From positions 6,510,001-6,574,000 of the forward strand of contig JBHGNT010000012.1 of the NCBI GenBank assembly GCA_043228905.1: a DNA stretch of 64,000 bases, given 5' to 3'. The stretch comes from Azolla caroliniana (Eukaryota > Plantae > Polypodiophyta). Shown piece after piece: positions 12,100 through 24,768 of the stretch (the stretch's first letter is position 1; every line of letters starts with the position of its first letter). Below the pieces are notes generated by a model, which made no database searches, was not told where the DNA came from, and saw only the letters and a list, made by a program, of their open reading frames with translations. The position numbers were made by a program, and so were the translations under genes.

Positions 12100-12534
12100 T
12101 GTTACCGGCCGGCAAAGGAGTCCAAAGTGGGAAACGGAGAGTTATTTAAGTAGTAGGAATGTGGTTGTAATTAAGCTATGAGTGTGGACGGACAGACTGG
12201 AATCGGTATGCCGTTCCGGATCCGGACCGATCCCGAACAGGTGCGGATGGCACCGTTTTGTAATACAGAATGGAAACCTATTTAAAGGCCCGGATACAAT
12301 GTAATAAATAGCGGTTAATTAATAAAAGCTTAGCGTTGTTATCTCTCTGTGTTAATTGTCGTTCTGTCTTAATTGTTATATCTTACGCGTGTGATTATGA
12401 AAGACGATCAGGCTAAGTAACTTAATTAAGTCGGATTAAGTGTTGAGTCTAATCCGGTTGCTGTAACACCCTTTGGTGAAGTGTCTTCCGTAGACACCTT
12501 GTGTTAGGCCATTGTCCAGCCCTAAGAGTTAACA
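12100..12534 (+). repeat. 3' LTR
   Basis: tgttacc...ttaaca, homologous to 3753-4200. Confidence 0.85.
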
Positions 12535-15500
12535 AGTCTAGTCGAACCGTCCTTTGTTCTTTACCCTCGCCCTCCGCAGCTTCTCCGCGGCTAAGTCCAC
12601 GTCCTCCGGTCTTCGCTCCAGCTGCCGAATCTGTGCCACTAACAGTTCCTCCCAACTCATCTCGTCTTTCCAGCCCATCGTGGCCCATGAGGAGATTGTC
12701 TGCTCCATTGTCATGATCGGCTTCTACCCGTAGATTAGCTCTGCTGGCATGAACCCGGTTACCGAACTGTGCGTAGTTCGGTCCGCCCACACGCGTAAGG
12801 TAAGAGCCACGACCAGTTCCCGACTTGGCCTCCACACGCCCGTACTAACGCTTTGACGATCGGCCCGTGTCCGCGCTCCACCTTCCTATTAGCCTCCGGA
12901 TTGTACGCCGTGGTGAGCGAGAGTTTAATTCCTAGCTGGTCAAACAGCTCTTCCGCCTTTTGCGCGTCCAATTCCCCGCGGTCGGTCATGATCTTACCTA
13001 CGCACCCATACCAGCCTACCACTTCTTCGATCAGAAACCGACACACGACCACAGTCGTTTTGTTCTGCAACGCTCGGCCTTCCACCTGGTTCGTCAGGTC
13101 CTCCCGAGCCAGCACCAGATACCGCATCTGCCCTACCCCCATCGGCATCGTCACCAAATCCACCATCTACTTGAAGTGGACGGTCAGAGGGTAGGTTGGG
13201 TGAAGCTCGTCCTAATATCGGACTATGGACTGCACCTGATAGCTTTCGCAAGTCGTCACGAACCGATGCACGTCCTGGTATAGTCCCGGCTACCAGTACT
13301 TCCCCTTTAGCTTCTCGAATGTGGCCCACGTCCCGCGGTGTCCGGCCCAGGGACTCTCGTGGTACGCCGTCAACAATTCTTCCTGTTCCTCTTTCTTCGC
13401 CACCACTCGGAGCGGGATGTCGTTTCTCTTCTTCGAGTGCTTCCATATGCTCCCGTCCCGTAGGAAGAATCAGTACGCTTTCTTCCGAATTCGGTTGGCC
13501 TCTTCCTTCGTCCACGTCACGTCCGGTGTCATTGTCTTCAGGAACCCGCCGATCTGGAGCCACTCCCCGTCGTACTTGCCCTCGTTGAATTCGTTAAGCG
13601 CCGGAGTGCTCCCCTTTCTTGTTGTTACGTTAGTTGACCCAAAGAAGTCCTCGCCGACTTCTTCGTTATCTGAAACCATGTCGTCCTCATCGTTGAACCT
13701 CGCCCTTGAAAGCATATCGGCCATGGCGTTATCCTTTTCGGAGATGTTCCGTATCTCCGAGTTTAGGGACTTGATGTACGCGATCCACCTGAGCATCGCC
13801 AGGTCCGGAGTCGCGCATCCGGAAACCATACCCAGAATCGGTAGGCAGTCCGTCTCGATGATCACTTCCGTCCCGATCAGATAGTCCTTGTCGGTCTTAA
13901 CTGCCGAAACGATACCCCATAGTTCGCGCTTGATTTGGGCGTATCCTCGTTGCCACTCGCTCAATACCTTTGCCCCAAACCGGATCGGGAACCGTACGCC
14001 GTCTTCGTCTTCCTAGTTGATCACCCACCCGATCCCGGTCAGGCTCGTGTCCACTATCACGTAAATGGGGACTTCCTTACCGTAAACCGCTTTCCGAAGA
14101 GCCGGTGCCGCGGCGAGCGCCTTCTTCAATCTCCGGACCGACCCCGTGTGCTCGTCCCTCCACTCAAATTTACGCCCTTTCTTTAGCAACCCGTAAAGCG
14201 GTTCTGCGACATGCACGTAGTGCGGAATCCAGATGTGATAGAACGCACATCCCCCAAGGATCCTTTGCACCTCAGTGACCGACCCGCAATCATCTTTTCT
14301 CGCGGAGATGGCTTCTACCTTTGCCGGGGACAGCTTTCGGCTGAAAGGCTCGCACAGGTTTCCGACTACCAGGATCTCCGGCTGTCCGAAGGCTGATTTT
14401 TCTCCTGAGAAGGTGAGCCACGCGCTCTCGTGTCTTTGTAGCACCTTCTCGCAGTCGCGGATGTGATCCGTCACAAACCTCTGGCAACCGTCGGGCCCGA
14501 CCGACTCGTCCTTGTCCTCCACCGGACTCCCTTTGATTGGGATGTCATCCAAAAATGGCATGGTGATGTCCGGGATGCAGTCCCTCAACACCTTGTTCAT
14601 CGCATTCACCATGTGCGCCACCGAGTTCGTTCCTCCTTGTGGCAGGGTACACATTCGAACTAGGCCGAGAGGAGTTCGCATCGTTGTGAAGTCCCTGCTC
14701 TCTACGGCTAGTCGGAACTGATCGTACCCTGAGTACAGGTCCCCGACCGAGTAGATCGACCTCCCTGCAAAGGCCTCCGTGAACTCATTGATGGTTGGTC
14801 CAATACCTGTGTTTCGAATGGTCACCTTGTTGACCGGTTGCAGGTCCTGTATGAAGCGCAGTGTGCCGTTCTTCGGTACGGTAAACCACCGATTCGAATA
14901 TGGGGCACTTGATGGTTCGAGGATGCCCATCTCCACCTTCTGTTTCAGCAGCTCCATCAGCTTCGGGATGTGAGCTCTGGGTACCGGAATTGGTTTGAGA
15001 TTCCACGGCACATGCGGTACCATAAAGATCACCATTGGTTCCACAACTTTCGGGTCTACGCACCCGATCTCCTCCGGTGAGAATGCGAAAGCCTTCCCGT
15101 GCCTCCCGAGCATTCTCCGAAACCAGTCCTCTTCCGTTGGCAGTAGAAAACCACCCCCACCGATCTTGAGCTCCTGTAGCGTTATGTTGGTGAACGTGTG
15201 TCCCATGCTGGCCGGATCTCGTAAATTTGGGTCCGACGCGACCCCCTTTATCCATAACTCATTGTCCTCCAGCAGGGGTGCCGCGACTGGCCTCACCTTT
15301 CGGTCCACAGTCTTGTACTTCGTATCCACTCGAGCCGTCCGATCCGACTCGAGTCCACTACCGAAGTCGGCGATGACTTCCTACATCTTTTCCGAACATA
15401 CCGGAATCGTCCAGTCCTCATTAAGGCCTTCTCCAAACACCTCCCGTAACTTCCCCAAGGTGTCATCGAAAGAGAGCGCCTCCACAGCTCCATTGATTTC

Positions 15501-16894
15501 CTCTTCAGGGCTGAGGACCCCCCATGCCCGAAGTCGCTCCTCCGCCCGCTTCTTTTCACGACCAACTACGTCGGCTATCGTACAACCTCCGCTATCGGAG
15601 AACCAAAATTTTCTTCCTATGGTACAGGTCTTTTCGCCTAGTACATCTGTGGGGTTTTTCCGGGCTGTCCGGACTATCGTGGCCCCACACCTTGATAGCC
15701 CTCTCTAAAAATCCCCTCGGTTTTCGGCACTGAGGGTCTCACGGTTACAATCATGGTTCAGTCGCACCGTCAGGAACTGGACCGAGTGACGCACATCCTG
15801 GCTCTGACTCGTGCATATGCCGAACCGTTGTCCAACACCTTTGTCTCCATGTGCGCCGCCGTGATGTGCGGTTCTCTGAGTATCACCGGATGCCAGGACG
15901 TCTCCTGCACGAAGAAATGTTGGTTGATCTTGACATCACCGATTTTCACTCATACATTTAGGCAGGCTCCATGTAGCTCCTCCGTGGCACTCATTGCTGC
16001 CCGTATCTTCCACCCGTGCTTGGTGTTGATCTGCCACTTTCCCTTTTTGTAGAGGTCCATGGACATCAAGTTGATCTCTGAACCGTGGTCTACCAATGCC
16101 ACCACCAGCTCCTGGACGTCCCCAATCCGAATAGGGGTTTCCGTAGTGGCCCTAGCCCAATGTAGCCTCGAGTAGTGGCTTTCTGCCAATTCTTCCTCCA
16201 GGGCCATGTCTTCTAGGTGCGTCGTTCGCACCTCCACCGGCTTCTCTGGCTCCGGCTCCGTTGAAAGCCTTTTCCGCTTCACCAAGTCTACAATGGAGTC
16301 GTGGAACTCCTTCTTGGTGATTCCGAGCACTTCCCTCAGCGACAGCTCCACCTTGCTGTTGAGGATCCGTTCCTCCAGGACCTTTCGTAGGTCCGTGGTC
16401 CTTTTGATCTCCGTGCTCAACCGATAACCGGCCTTCTTGGCCTTGTCCGGTGCGTCGGATGCACCGACATCACTCTGCTTCGGCCTGAACCGGGTCTCAT
16501 ACCATGGTGAGGGTTTGGCGCCCCCGGTCTTTCCCGCTCGCTTGTCTTCCACCAGAACCTCGTAGTTCTGGCACGCGGCTTCCGAGAAGCCCGTCTTCTC
16601 TTCGACCGGGTCACTCCACCTGGTTACTTCTTGGACCCGTCTTTCCGCGCGGTTCGCTTCCTCTTTCTTCAGCCTTACGCCGGCGAGGTCTTCCAGCATC
16701 ACCGGCCAGAATCCGGCTTCCTTCGTCTTCCGGTCTTCATTGCTTCCGACCCGGATTCCAGCCGACGCCGAGTAGTGGACGGTCTTCGCGTGACGAGCCG
16801 CTGCTTCTTCCATGAGCCATTTCATACCCCCTCATCCGACATTCAGATCCAGGGCCCTCCGGGTCTCACTAGCGTGCACCCGACCATTCCATAG

Positions 16895-19800
16895 TGTTGA
16901 GCGGCAAGCTCAACTGGAGCCGGATCGGTTGAAAAGCCTGAGCCGGTAAGCGAGACGGATCGGTATGACGGTGAGTAACCGAGCCGGCAAGCAACAGAGC
17001 CGGTGAGCTGGGGAGCCGGTTAGCCGGATCCAATCGGTAACCAGCAGCCTAGTGTTAAGTTTAGACTACTAGGCAGTTATAGTCTCGTAGTAAGTGTCAG
17101 ATGCTCGTGTGAGCATTGAATTACACGTTACTTCTATCAGTCCCATGAGGACTTGTATAAATAGCGTTGGTGAGCACATTGCATGTACATAGAACATTTT
17201 CATATAATTTTGAATTAACGTTCTGCTCTCTCTATCTATCTCTCCCGCGTACTCTCTCTCTCTCTCACTCTGTGTTTCCTGTGTTTCTATTTTAACGCTT
17301 CCGCAAACATATACGTTTTCATGGTATCAGAGCACGAGGGTTGAGAACCTCTGCTACAAACATTCGCCTTGAAAAGCAAACCCTAACAGGTTGCAAGAAT
17401 AGACACAGAAGCAGTTATGGACAGAGGTATGGCAAGTTTACTTCCCACAGAGAAACTCAACCAGAGCAATTACGCGTCCTGGTCATACAAAATGCATCAG
17501 TACCTACTAGGGCATGGGTATAGGAGTTTCGTGGAACAAACGAACGAAACAGCACCTGATGCGGCACATAAGGATTTCCTAGTGTGGGAACAATCGGCAA
17601 GCAGAGTGATGTACTGCTTTGCGTCCAGTGTCGGAGACCAGGTGTTGAGCCACATCCGAGATGCCCAGACGCCGAAGGAGGCGTGGGGGAACCTGAAGAA
17701 GGTTTTCGCCGCGAGCACTACAGCCCGGAAGCTGCAACTCCGACAGGAGTTGAGCAATGTCCGACAGAAGGACATGTCAATGGCGGATTACACGACCCGG
17801 ATCAAAGAGATCTGTGACTCGCTTGCCTCTATCAACGTTACCGTAGAGGAAGACGAGATGGTACAGGTCTGTCTTGGGGGCCTGGCGTCTAAGTTCAGAG
17901 CGTTCCGAACGACGGTTTGTACAAGGGAGAATACGCCGTCATTTTTCGACTTACAGTCGATGCTCCTTGTAGAGGAGAACCATGCCGGTGCGTCAACTAG
18001 CGCACCCACTGACAGACGGATGTTGTACACGGAGGCAGATCGGTCCCGTGGGCGTGGTGGACGAGGCGGGTTGGCACGCAATGGAGGCGGCCGGCAAGTG
18101 CAAGAACGACGGCACAGAGATTGTGCCAACAGCAGTTCCGGAAATTCCACAAGTAGGGGGAGTCAAGGCGGTGCCAGAGGCCGGCAAAACAAATCTGCAC
18201 CGGAATGCTGGTACTGTGGCAAAAAGGGCCACAGAGAAAGCGAGTGCTAGAGAAAGCGCGCCGACTCGAACAAATCCGGATCCGGCAAGGCTGGCAAGGA
18301 TGGCCGGCAAAGCTCGCACTACGCAAATGGATCGGGAGTATCCAAGAATAGTAAGGGATCAGCCTTGGTGATGAAGCACGAGGCAAACTTGATGAAGAAG
18401 ACCACTTCCGAATCGGAGGAAGTGTGGTATGTTGATTCTGGTGCGTCAAACCACATGATGAGTCACAAAGAGTGGTTCTCCTTCTTGGAGAAACCGGATC
18501 AACCAGGAGTAGTCGAAACCGGAGATGACACTTCTCACCGAATCATGCACGTCGGAGAAGAACCCTTGAGGCACGTCGGACAGAAGGGGAAGCTAATGAA
18601 TGTATTACACGTTCCGACAATCACGAAGAACCTGGTGTCGGTCGGACAGATCGTCGACCAAGGGATGTAGGTGCGATTTACGCACTGTGGGTGCTTCATT
18701 GAGGATGAGGGCGAAGTTATTGCGCAAGGGCGCAAAGACGGGAGGATGTTTATCCTCGACACCAATGACGTCGGCACCGCTCTATTTGCAAAAGGACAAA
18801 AGGTCGAGTCGAACATCGACTTGTGGCACAAGCGGATAGGCCACGTCAATCACCGAAGGCTTCAAGACCTACAAATGAAACAAGTTGTTTTCGGTTTGCC
18901 GAATTTTAGCGGCCGGAGAGCCCAAGTATGTGAAGTCTGCCAACTTGGGAAGCAACACCGGCTTCCATTCCCCACCGAGCACAAGCTCGACCTTATCCAT
19001 TCGGATGTGTGGGGACCGGCACAGAATGTTAGTCTTGGCGGGAATCGATATTTTGTCTCCTTCATCGACGACTATACACGGCACACATGGATCCACCTCA
19101 TTGAGCAGAAGAGTGAAGTCTTCGAATGTTTCCGGAGCCTCTAGAAGATGGTGGAATGGGAATCGGAGAGGAAGATCAAATGCCTACGGTCGGATGGTGA
19201 AAAAGAATATTTTTCCGGCCAATTCAACAGCTATCTGCAGCAAAAAGGAATTCAGCACGAGAACAGCTGCAGATACACACTGCAATAGAACGGTGTCGTC
19301 GAAAGGAAGAACCGGTCGCTTATTGATGCGGCAAGGGCAATGCTGGAGGAGAAGACCATGCCCAAATTCTACTGGGTGGATGCGGTCCGGACAGCCGTCT
19401 ACATCTAGAACCGGATTGGTGATAAGGTGTCAGCTCACGAGCTGTATTTCGGGCGCAAGCCAAATCTAAGACACCTTAAGATCTTTGATAGCATTGCATA
19501 TGTGCATGTACCGGATGAGAAGCGGAGGAAGTTGGATGCAAAATCGGAAAAATGCGTCCTAGTCGGCTATGCTCAAGAGCAAAAGGGTTCTAAGTGTTAT
19601 AACCCCCAGACAAAGCAGGTCCGAGTTAGTTGAGATGTCAAGGTTGATGAATCGGCATCGTGGTACTCCTTACCGACTCCGACTTCCAAATCTGACCCGA
19701 TGCCAGTGGATGAGGCTAGTGAGCTTGAACCGGCCCAGGTAGAGGATGATGAAGCGTGGACTCAAGATGAGAGTCTGGAATCGTTTCAGTTGAGCGGACC

Positions 19801-22800
19801 GAACGAGAGACTGAGTCAATCTGACCAGTCCGATGAGGAACCGGCGAATAGTGGAGACTCTGTCGTGCTCTCCCCACGCAAGGAACCGAGGAGACGGTTC
19901 ACACGCAAAGAGAAAGGGAAAAAGAAGATGCTGGAATTTGAAACCGGCAAAGATGAGTCGGATCGATGTGCATCCGACTTCGGCAAGGAGAAAGGCGGAT
20001 CTTCGGCAAAGAAGTCCGGACCAGCAAAGGAGGGCCTCAATATGGGCAACGGTGAATTACGTCAGTCCACCCGCCAGAAGGATCCCGTCAAGCGGTACGG
20101 GTACAATGAGTACATGGCGCATCACTATGCGTACATGACTAAGGTGGCGGAAGTGCGTGAGCCGGAGAGCAACGTAGAAGCAGCAAAGGACGCAAATTGG
20201 TGTGCCGCTATGGAGGAAGAAATGCAGGCACTGGATGCCAACGAGACATGGGACCTGGTTGACCCTCCTCGTCACTATAAACCGATCGAATGCAAGTGGA
20301 TATACAAGGTAAAGTACAACGTCGACGGTTCTGTTAACCGGTATAAAGGCCGGTTAGTGGCGAAGGGATACGCGCAAACCCACGGAATCGACTACAACGA
20401 GACTTTCGCTCCTGTAGCGAAGATGACGACGATTCGAGTGGTGCTGGTGGTTGCTGCGGCAAGGGGGTAGCATCTTCATCAGATGGATGTGAAGAATGCA
20501 TTTCTTCAAGGTGATCTTGAAGAAGAAGTCTTTATGACTCAGCCTCCCGGCTTTCAATCAGAGATGAACAAGTCAGCGGTATGCCGGCTGAAGAAGTCGT
20601 TGTACGGCCTGAAGCAAGCCCCTCGAGCTTGGAATGCAAAGATCACGCACCGGTTGTGTAAGATGGGGTTTATGGCCTCCAAGTCAGACCCTTCATTGTT
20701 CATCTGGAAAGGCTCAGACGGTCCGGTATGTATACTGTTGTATGTTGATGATTTAGTCATCACCGGACCGGGCCTTTCTGAAATCGACCGGGTCAAGTCC
20801 CAGTTGTCGAACGCATTTGAGATGAAGGACCTAGGGGACCTTCATTACTTCCTCGGGATCGAGGTGATCCACACCCCCGACGGCATATTGTTCTCACAAC
20901 GGCATTACACGTTGAATATGTTGTACAAGTTCGGCATGACAAAATGCCGACCTGTCTCCACACCCTTGGACCGGAACCAGAAGCTCCGTCCCAACTCCAG
21001 ATCGGCCTACAATGAGAAACGGTTCCGACAAATCGTTGGAAGCCTTATATACTTGACCATCACCCGACCCGACATCAGCTATCCAGTCGGAGTGATAAGC
21101 CAATTCATGCAGAAGCCGACTATGGAGCACCTTCAGTGCGCGCAACGAATATTGTGATATGTAAGCGGCACAAAGGACCGGGGACTGTTATACCGGCGAA
21201 GTATAACTGAAGAGCTGGTCGGCTACACAAATGCCGACTAGACCGGTGATGCGTCAGATCGCCGATCGACTTCCGGATTTATGTTTTCTCTTGGGAGTGC
21301 GGCTGTTACGTGGAGCAGCAAAAAGCAGCCAACAATGGCTCTGTCTAGCACTAAGGCTGAGTACCGAGGCGCGACCGTGGCTACCTGCGAAGCCATTTGG
21401 CTTCGGAGACTGCTGTGAGACTTGCGATCGAGGTACCGACCCCGATCCCGATTTATTGTGATAACATCAGCAGCATGCAGCTCGCCAAGAACCCTGTGTT
21501 CCATGCTCGAACGAAGCACATAGAAGTGCATTATCATTTTGTGCGTGAGTGGGTCCTGAGCGGTGAAGTTGAACTTCGGTATGTTCACACGGATCGGCAA
21601 GTTGCCGACATCTTCACCAAGCCGCTTAGATCTGACAAGTTGCAGCACTTTACCGACATGCTTGGTGTTCAACATCTCGACGTGCCGCACTTGAGGGGGA
21701 GAAGCAAGGGCAAAGACACTACTGAAATAAGCAAAGGCAAAGAAACTGTTGAACCCGTCGGTAAGAGAAGAACCAAAAGAAGGGGAGACAAGAAGAAGAA
21801 AGAAGCTGAGTCGACGAAGGAAGTCGACACATCCAAACAAGTCGGAGCAAGCAGTTGTGGTGGCAAAGTCAAGAAGGACCGAGCCAACCGGAAGGAAGAA
21901 GAAGTGTGCACTCAGGAAGAGAAGGGCATGTTATGCGGAGGTCACCACGACGAAAGTAACCATGATGCGGAGTCGAATGAAGAATTCAATTTCGGTGAAC
22001 TGGCTGAAGAAGCCGAGGGAAGAACGGAGAAGGCCAAGACCCGGATGTGGTCCGATGTGGTGAAGGGTCTGAAACCGGTAGACGAATCGGAGAATACCAA
22101 TTCGGACAAGAGCTAGAACGAGTCGGAGATAGCTGACTCGGATCAACAGACGGATCCGGATGAGTCGGATCAACTAAAGGCCAAGGAGACACGGACGCAG
22201 TGGAAGTCGATGCCATCGCGGAGGAACCAACGGATCAGCAAGCGTCGGAGTCATAGCAGCAAAGAAGCTGAGATGGGCCTGATGAGCAAATATGCCGACC
22301 GAGAAGGTCGAGGCGCGCAAAACCAGAAGGGTCGCGGCAAACGGGACCGGGCCGGACGAGGAACGCGAGCAAGGAAGAGCGACGCCAGGAGAAGTCGGTT
22401 GAAAGAACCAGCCGCCATAGAGAATGACACTACAACCCGACCTTGAGTTGAGCTTGAGGGGGAGTGTTGAGCGGGAAGCTCAACTGGAGCCAAATCGGCT
22501 GAAAAGCCTGATCCGGTAAGCGAGACGGATCGGTATGATGGTGAGCAACCGAGCCGGCAAGCAACAGAGCCGGTGAGCTGGGGAGCCAGTTAGCCGGATC
22601 CAATCGGTAACTGGCAGCCTAGTGTTAAGTTTAGACTACTAGGCAGTTATAGTCTCGTAGTAAGTGTTAGATGCTCGTGTGAGCATTGAAGTACACAGTA
22701 CTTCTGTCAGTCCCATGAGGACTTGTATAAATAGCGCTGGTGAGCACATTGCATGTACAGAGAACATTTTCATATAATTTTGAATTAACGTTCTGCTCTC

Positions 22801-22891
22801 TCTATCTATCTCTCCCGCGTACTCTCTCTCTCTCTCACTCTGTGTTTCCTGTGTTTCTATTTTAACGCTTCCGCAAACATATACGTTTTCA
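16895..22891 (+). mobile_element. Full-length Ty1/Copia retrotransposon with TSD; multiple stop codons
   Basis: 427-bp LTRs at 16895-17321 and 22465-22891, about 96% identical. TSD CATAG at 16890-16894 and 22892-22896. PBS tggtatcagagc at 17322-17333. PPT gagggggag at 22456-22464. Removing the element restores the host reading frame (VVYL|WNGR). Confidence 0.97.
17417..22116 (+). pseudogene. Copia gag-pol polyprotein
   Basis: CWYCGKKGHRESEC; WYVDSGASNHM (PR); LWHKRIGH, HSDVWGP and FIDDYTR (INT); MDVKNAFLQG and LLYVDD (RT); CDN...HARTKHIEVHYHFVRE...ADIFTKPL (RH). Confidence 0.93.
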
Positions 22892-23973
22892 CATAGGTAC
22901 ACCACGTTAGCTCTTATCGCTTCGGCGAAGTCCCCGTACTCCTTTCGGGCGTGGCCGACCGCATTGCACCACAAGCACCAGCTCCCAGCTAGAGGCCTTC
23001 GATCACGGACTTGTTCACCGCCGTCCCTCCGTGCTTGCGCGATCTAGAGGTCCCGCACCATCTGAGTCAGCTCCTCCAGAGCCGCTCCTCCGGACGAGCC
23101 TTTGACCATGCCGGTTGAAGTCGAGTCGGTCTCGAGCCAGTCTCGGGTCTCTTCCCTTCGTGTCGGTGGGGGTACCTCGACCTTCCTTGTCGTAATAGAA
23201 CCCGCCCACATCAAGCCTTTATCGGCCCACTCACGCCGTTTGTCAAAACGGCCGCAGACTCTCTTTACCACGGCCCAGTCGGTTGTTAGGCCGTCATCGG
23301 TCTCCAGCAGGAAGCCCACTTGCTCCCGGTCCCTTGCGTTCACCGATTTAACGAACAATAGGACACGACTCATGTCCAACACGGTCCGGTCCAGTGCCAA
23401 AAGTCGTGCGAAGTGTTCTTCAAACTCCTGAAGCAACACCGACGCGTTTCTCCCCTTTTCGGGGGTCTCCACCCATTCCATGAAGTCCCGCTTCAACAGA
23501 TGAAGCGCGTCATCAAGCCCGTATTTTTCAAGGAGCCGACCTTCAAACTCTTCCCAGGTCCGACTCTCAGCTTGTACCTCAAGCACCTCCGCATGGATGG
23601 CCGGCATCGCCACCCGAGGGAATCCGGCCAGTCGCCTGTCCTCTGGGATGTCCCTCATCACCATTTCGGCTTGGTAGGTCTCCAAATAGCTCATGGCGTC
23701 CTTCCCACAGAACCGGCCTATCGTGCCAAAGACCGCTTCAATAGCCCTATCGAGGGTGCCTGTGCCTTCGCGCGCACTCACTATCCGATCCACAGCCGAA
23801 GCCATGGCTTCTGCAAGATCCGACCCTCTCATCTTTCTATTCCTCTACCGCCTGTTCACATCGGGTTCACCAAATATGTCGCATTGTTACGCGTTGCATG
23901 GAGAATGAGGCGGGACCATCGGGGCCTCGAACCGAGAAATAATCGAATGAGGGGAGGGGAAGGAAACTAGCGA

Positions 23974-24768
23974 TGTAATTCGCACGCGCACAGACCCACA
24001 GAATCACAGGAATTGCAACTAGCTACAAAACGCAAGATGGAGACAGAACGAATGTTTATGTATATATAAATCAAGGTGTTACAACCAGCAAGCCGGCAAG
24101 TGATGGGCTCTGACACCTACGCGCACGCACACGCACACGCACACACACACACACACACACACAGAACGCGAGATGGAGGCTCTGTCGGGAGCACTCAGGC
24201 GTCCCGCGGAGCAGAGTCAGCCTCCCGAAACCTGCACAGAACAATTATGGAGATGACAGAGGAGAGGAGAAGCGCTCGGTTCTAGTCCGCCAGCACTTCG
24301 TCCTCCCCAAAAACATGGTCTTCTTTCAATACCTCTCCCTCTCTTTTATAGCCCAAGGAGGGAGGCCGTTACCACCCGTTACATCATGTTTATTCCCTGT
24401 CCTTTCGGATAGGGATACACCTTGATTTTCTCCCTACTGAATGCGTGCTACTTAGGATTTCACCTCAACCGACTTGTACATATCTACGTACTATACAACA
24501 AAACTTGTGCCCATGTGTAAGGGCCGGTTTACGCACATTATACGTGGTTTTCGCTTAGGGACGGTTTTCTCCACGACAACGCACTAGTACTAGGTACAAC
24601 TCAACACCACGACAGCAGTATGGGACGCAGATCGAGGCTCGACTCTGCCTCGATCCCTTCACTAGGGGGTGGTCAGGTGGATCGGCACCCTTCTTTCTCC
24701 CTCTCCTCTATTATCGATTTCTCTATTATATCCTTATCATATGCTTATATTAGTAGCTAGCTCTAACA
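23974..24768 (-). repeat. Probable 5' LTR of fungal-like Gypsy copy 1
   Basis: Minus strand starts TGTTAGAG exactly where the integrase of copy 2 breaks. TATA (ctataaaa) near 24350. The inner boundary is uncertain. Confidence 0.55.

Larger units (their letters stand above)
3753..12534 (+). mobile_element. Ty3/Gypsy non-chromovirus (Athila-like) LTR retrotransposon, degenerate and probably chimeric
   Basis: LTRs at 3753-4200 and 12100-12534. PBS-like tggcaaccacga at 4208-4219. Order is gag-PR-RT-RH-INT plus an extra 3' ORF. No TSD. Confidence 0.92.
12535..24768 (-). mobile_element. Ty3/Gypsy retrotransposon of a fungal-like lineage (copy 1); interrupted by a Copia, 3' end missing
   Basis: Gag 23044-23832 with a CLWC..GH knuckle near 22950. 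Protease LVDHGSEIN (15950-16825). RT with YKTVDRKVRPV, DLYSGYDQ, LPQGGTNS and FLDD (14013-15329). RNase H (13470-14050). Integrase with TDRGE and ERGHGPI (12535-13400). Confidence 0.9.

Noticed and set aside
23909-23935. tRNA T-loop-like ggttcgaggccc on the minus strand
   Set aside because: No cloverleaf or A box is present, and it is too short to call a tRNA, SINE or PBS.
4353-23970. Numerous antisense and alternate-frame ORFs
   Set aside because: They are shadows of GC-rich retroelement coding sequence and have no independent motifs.
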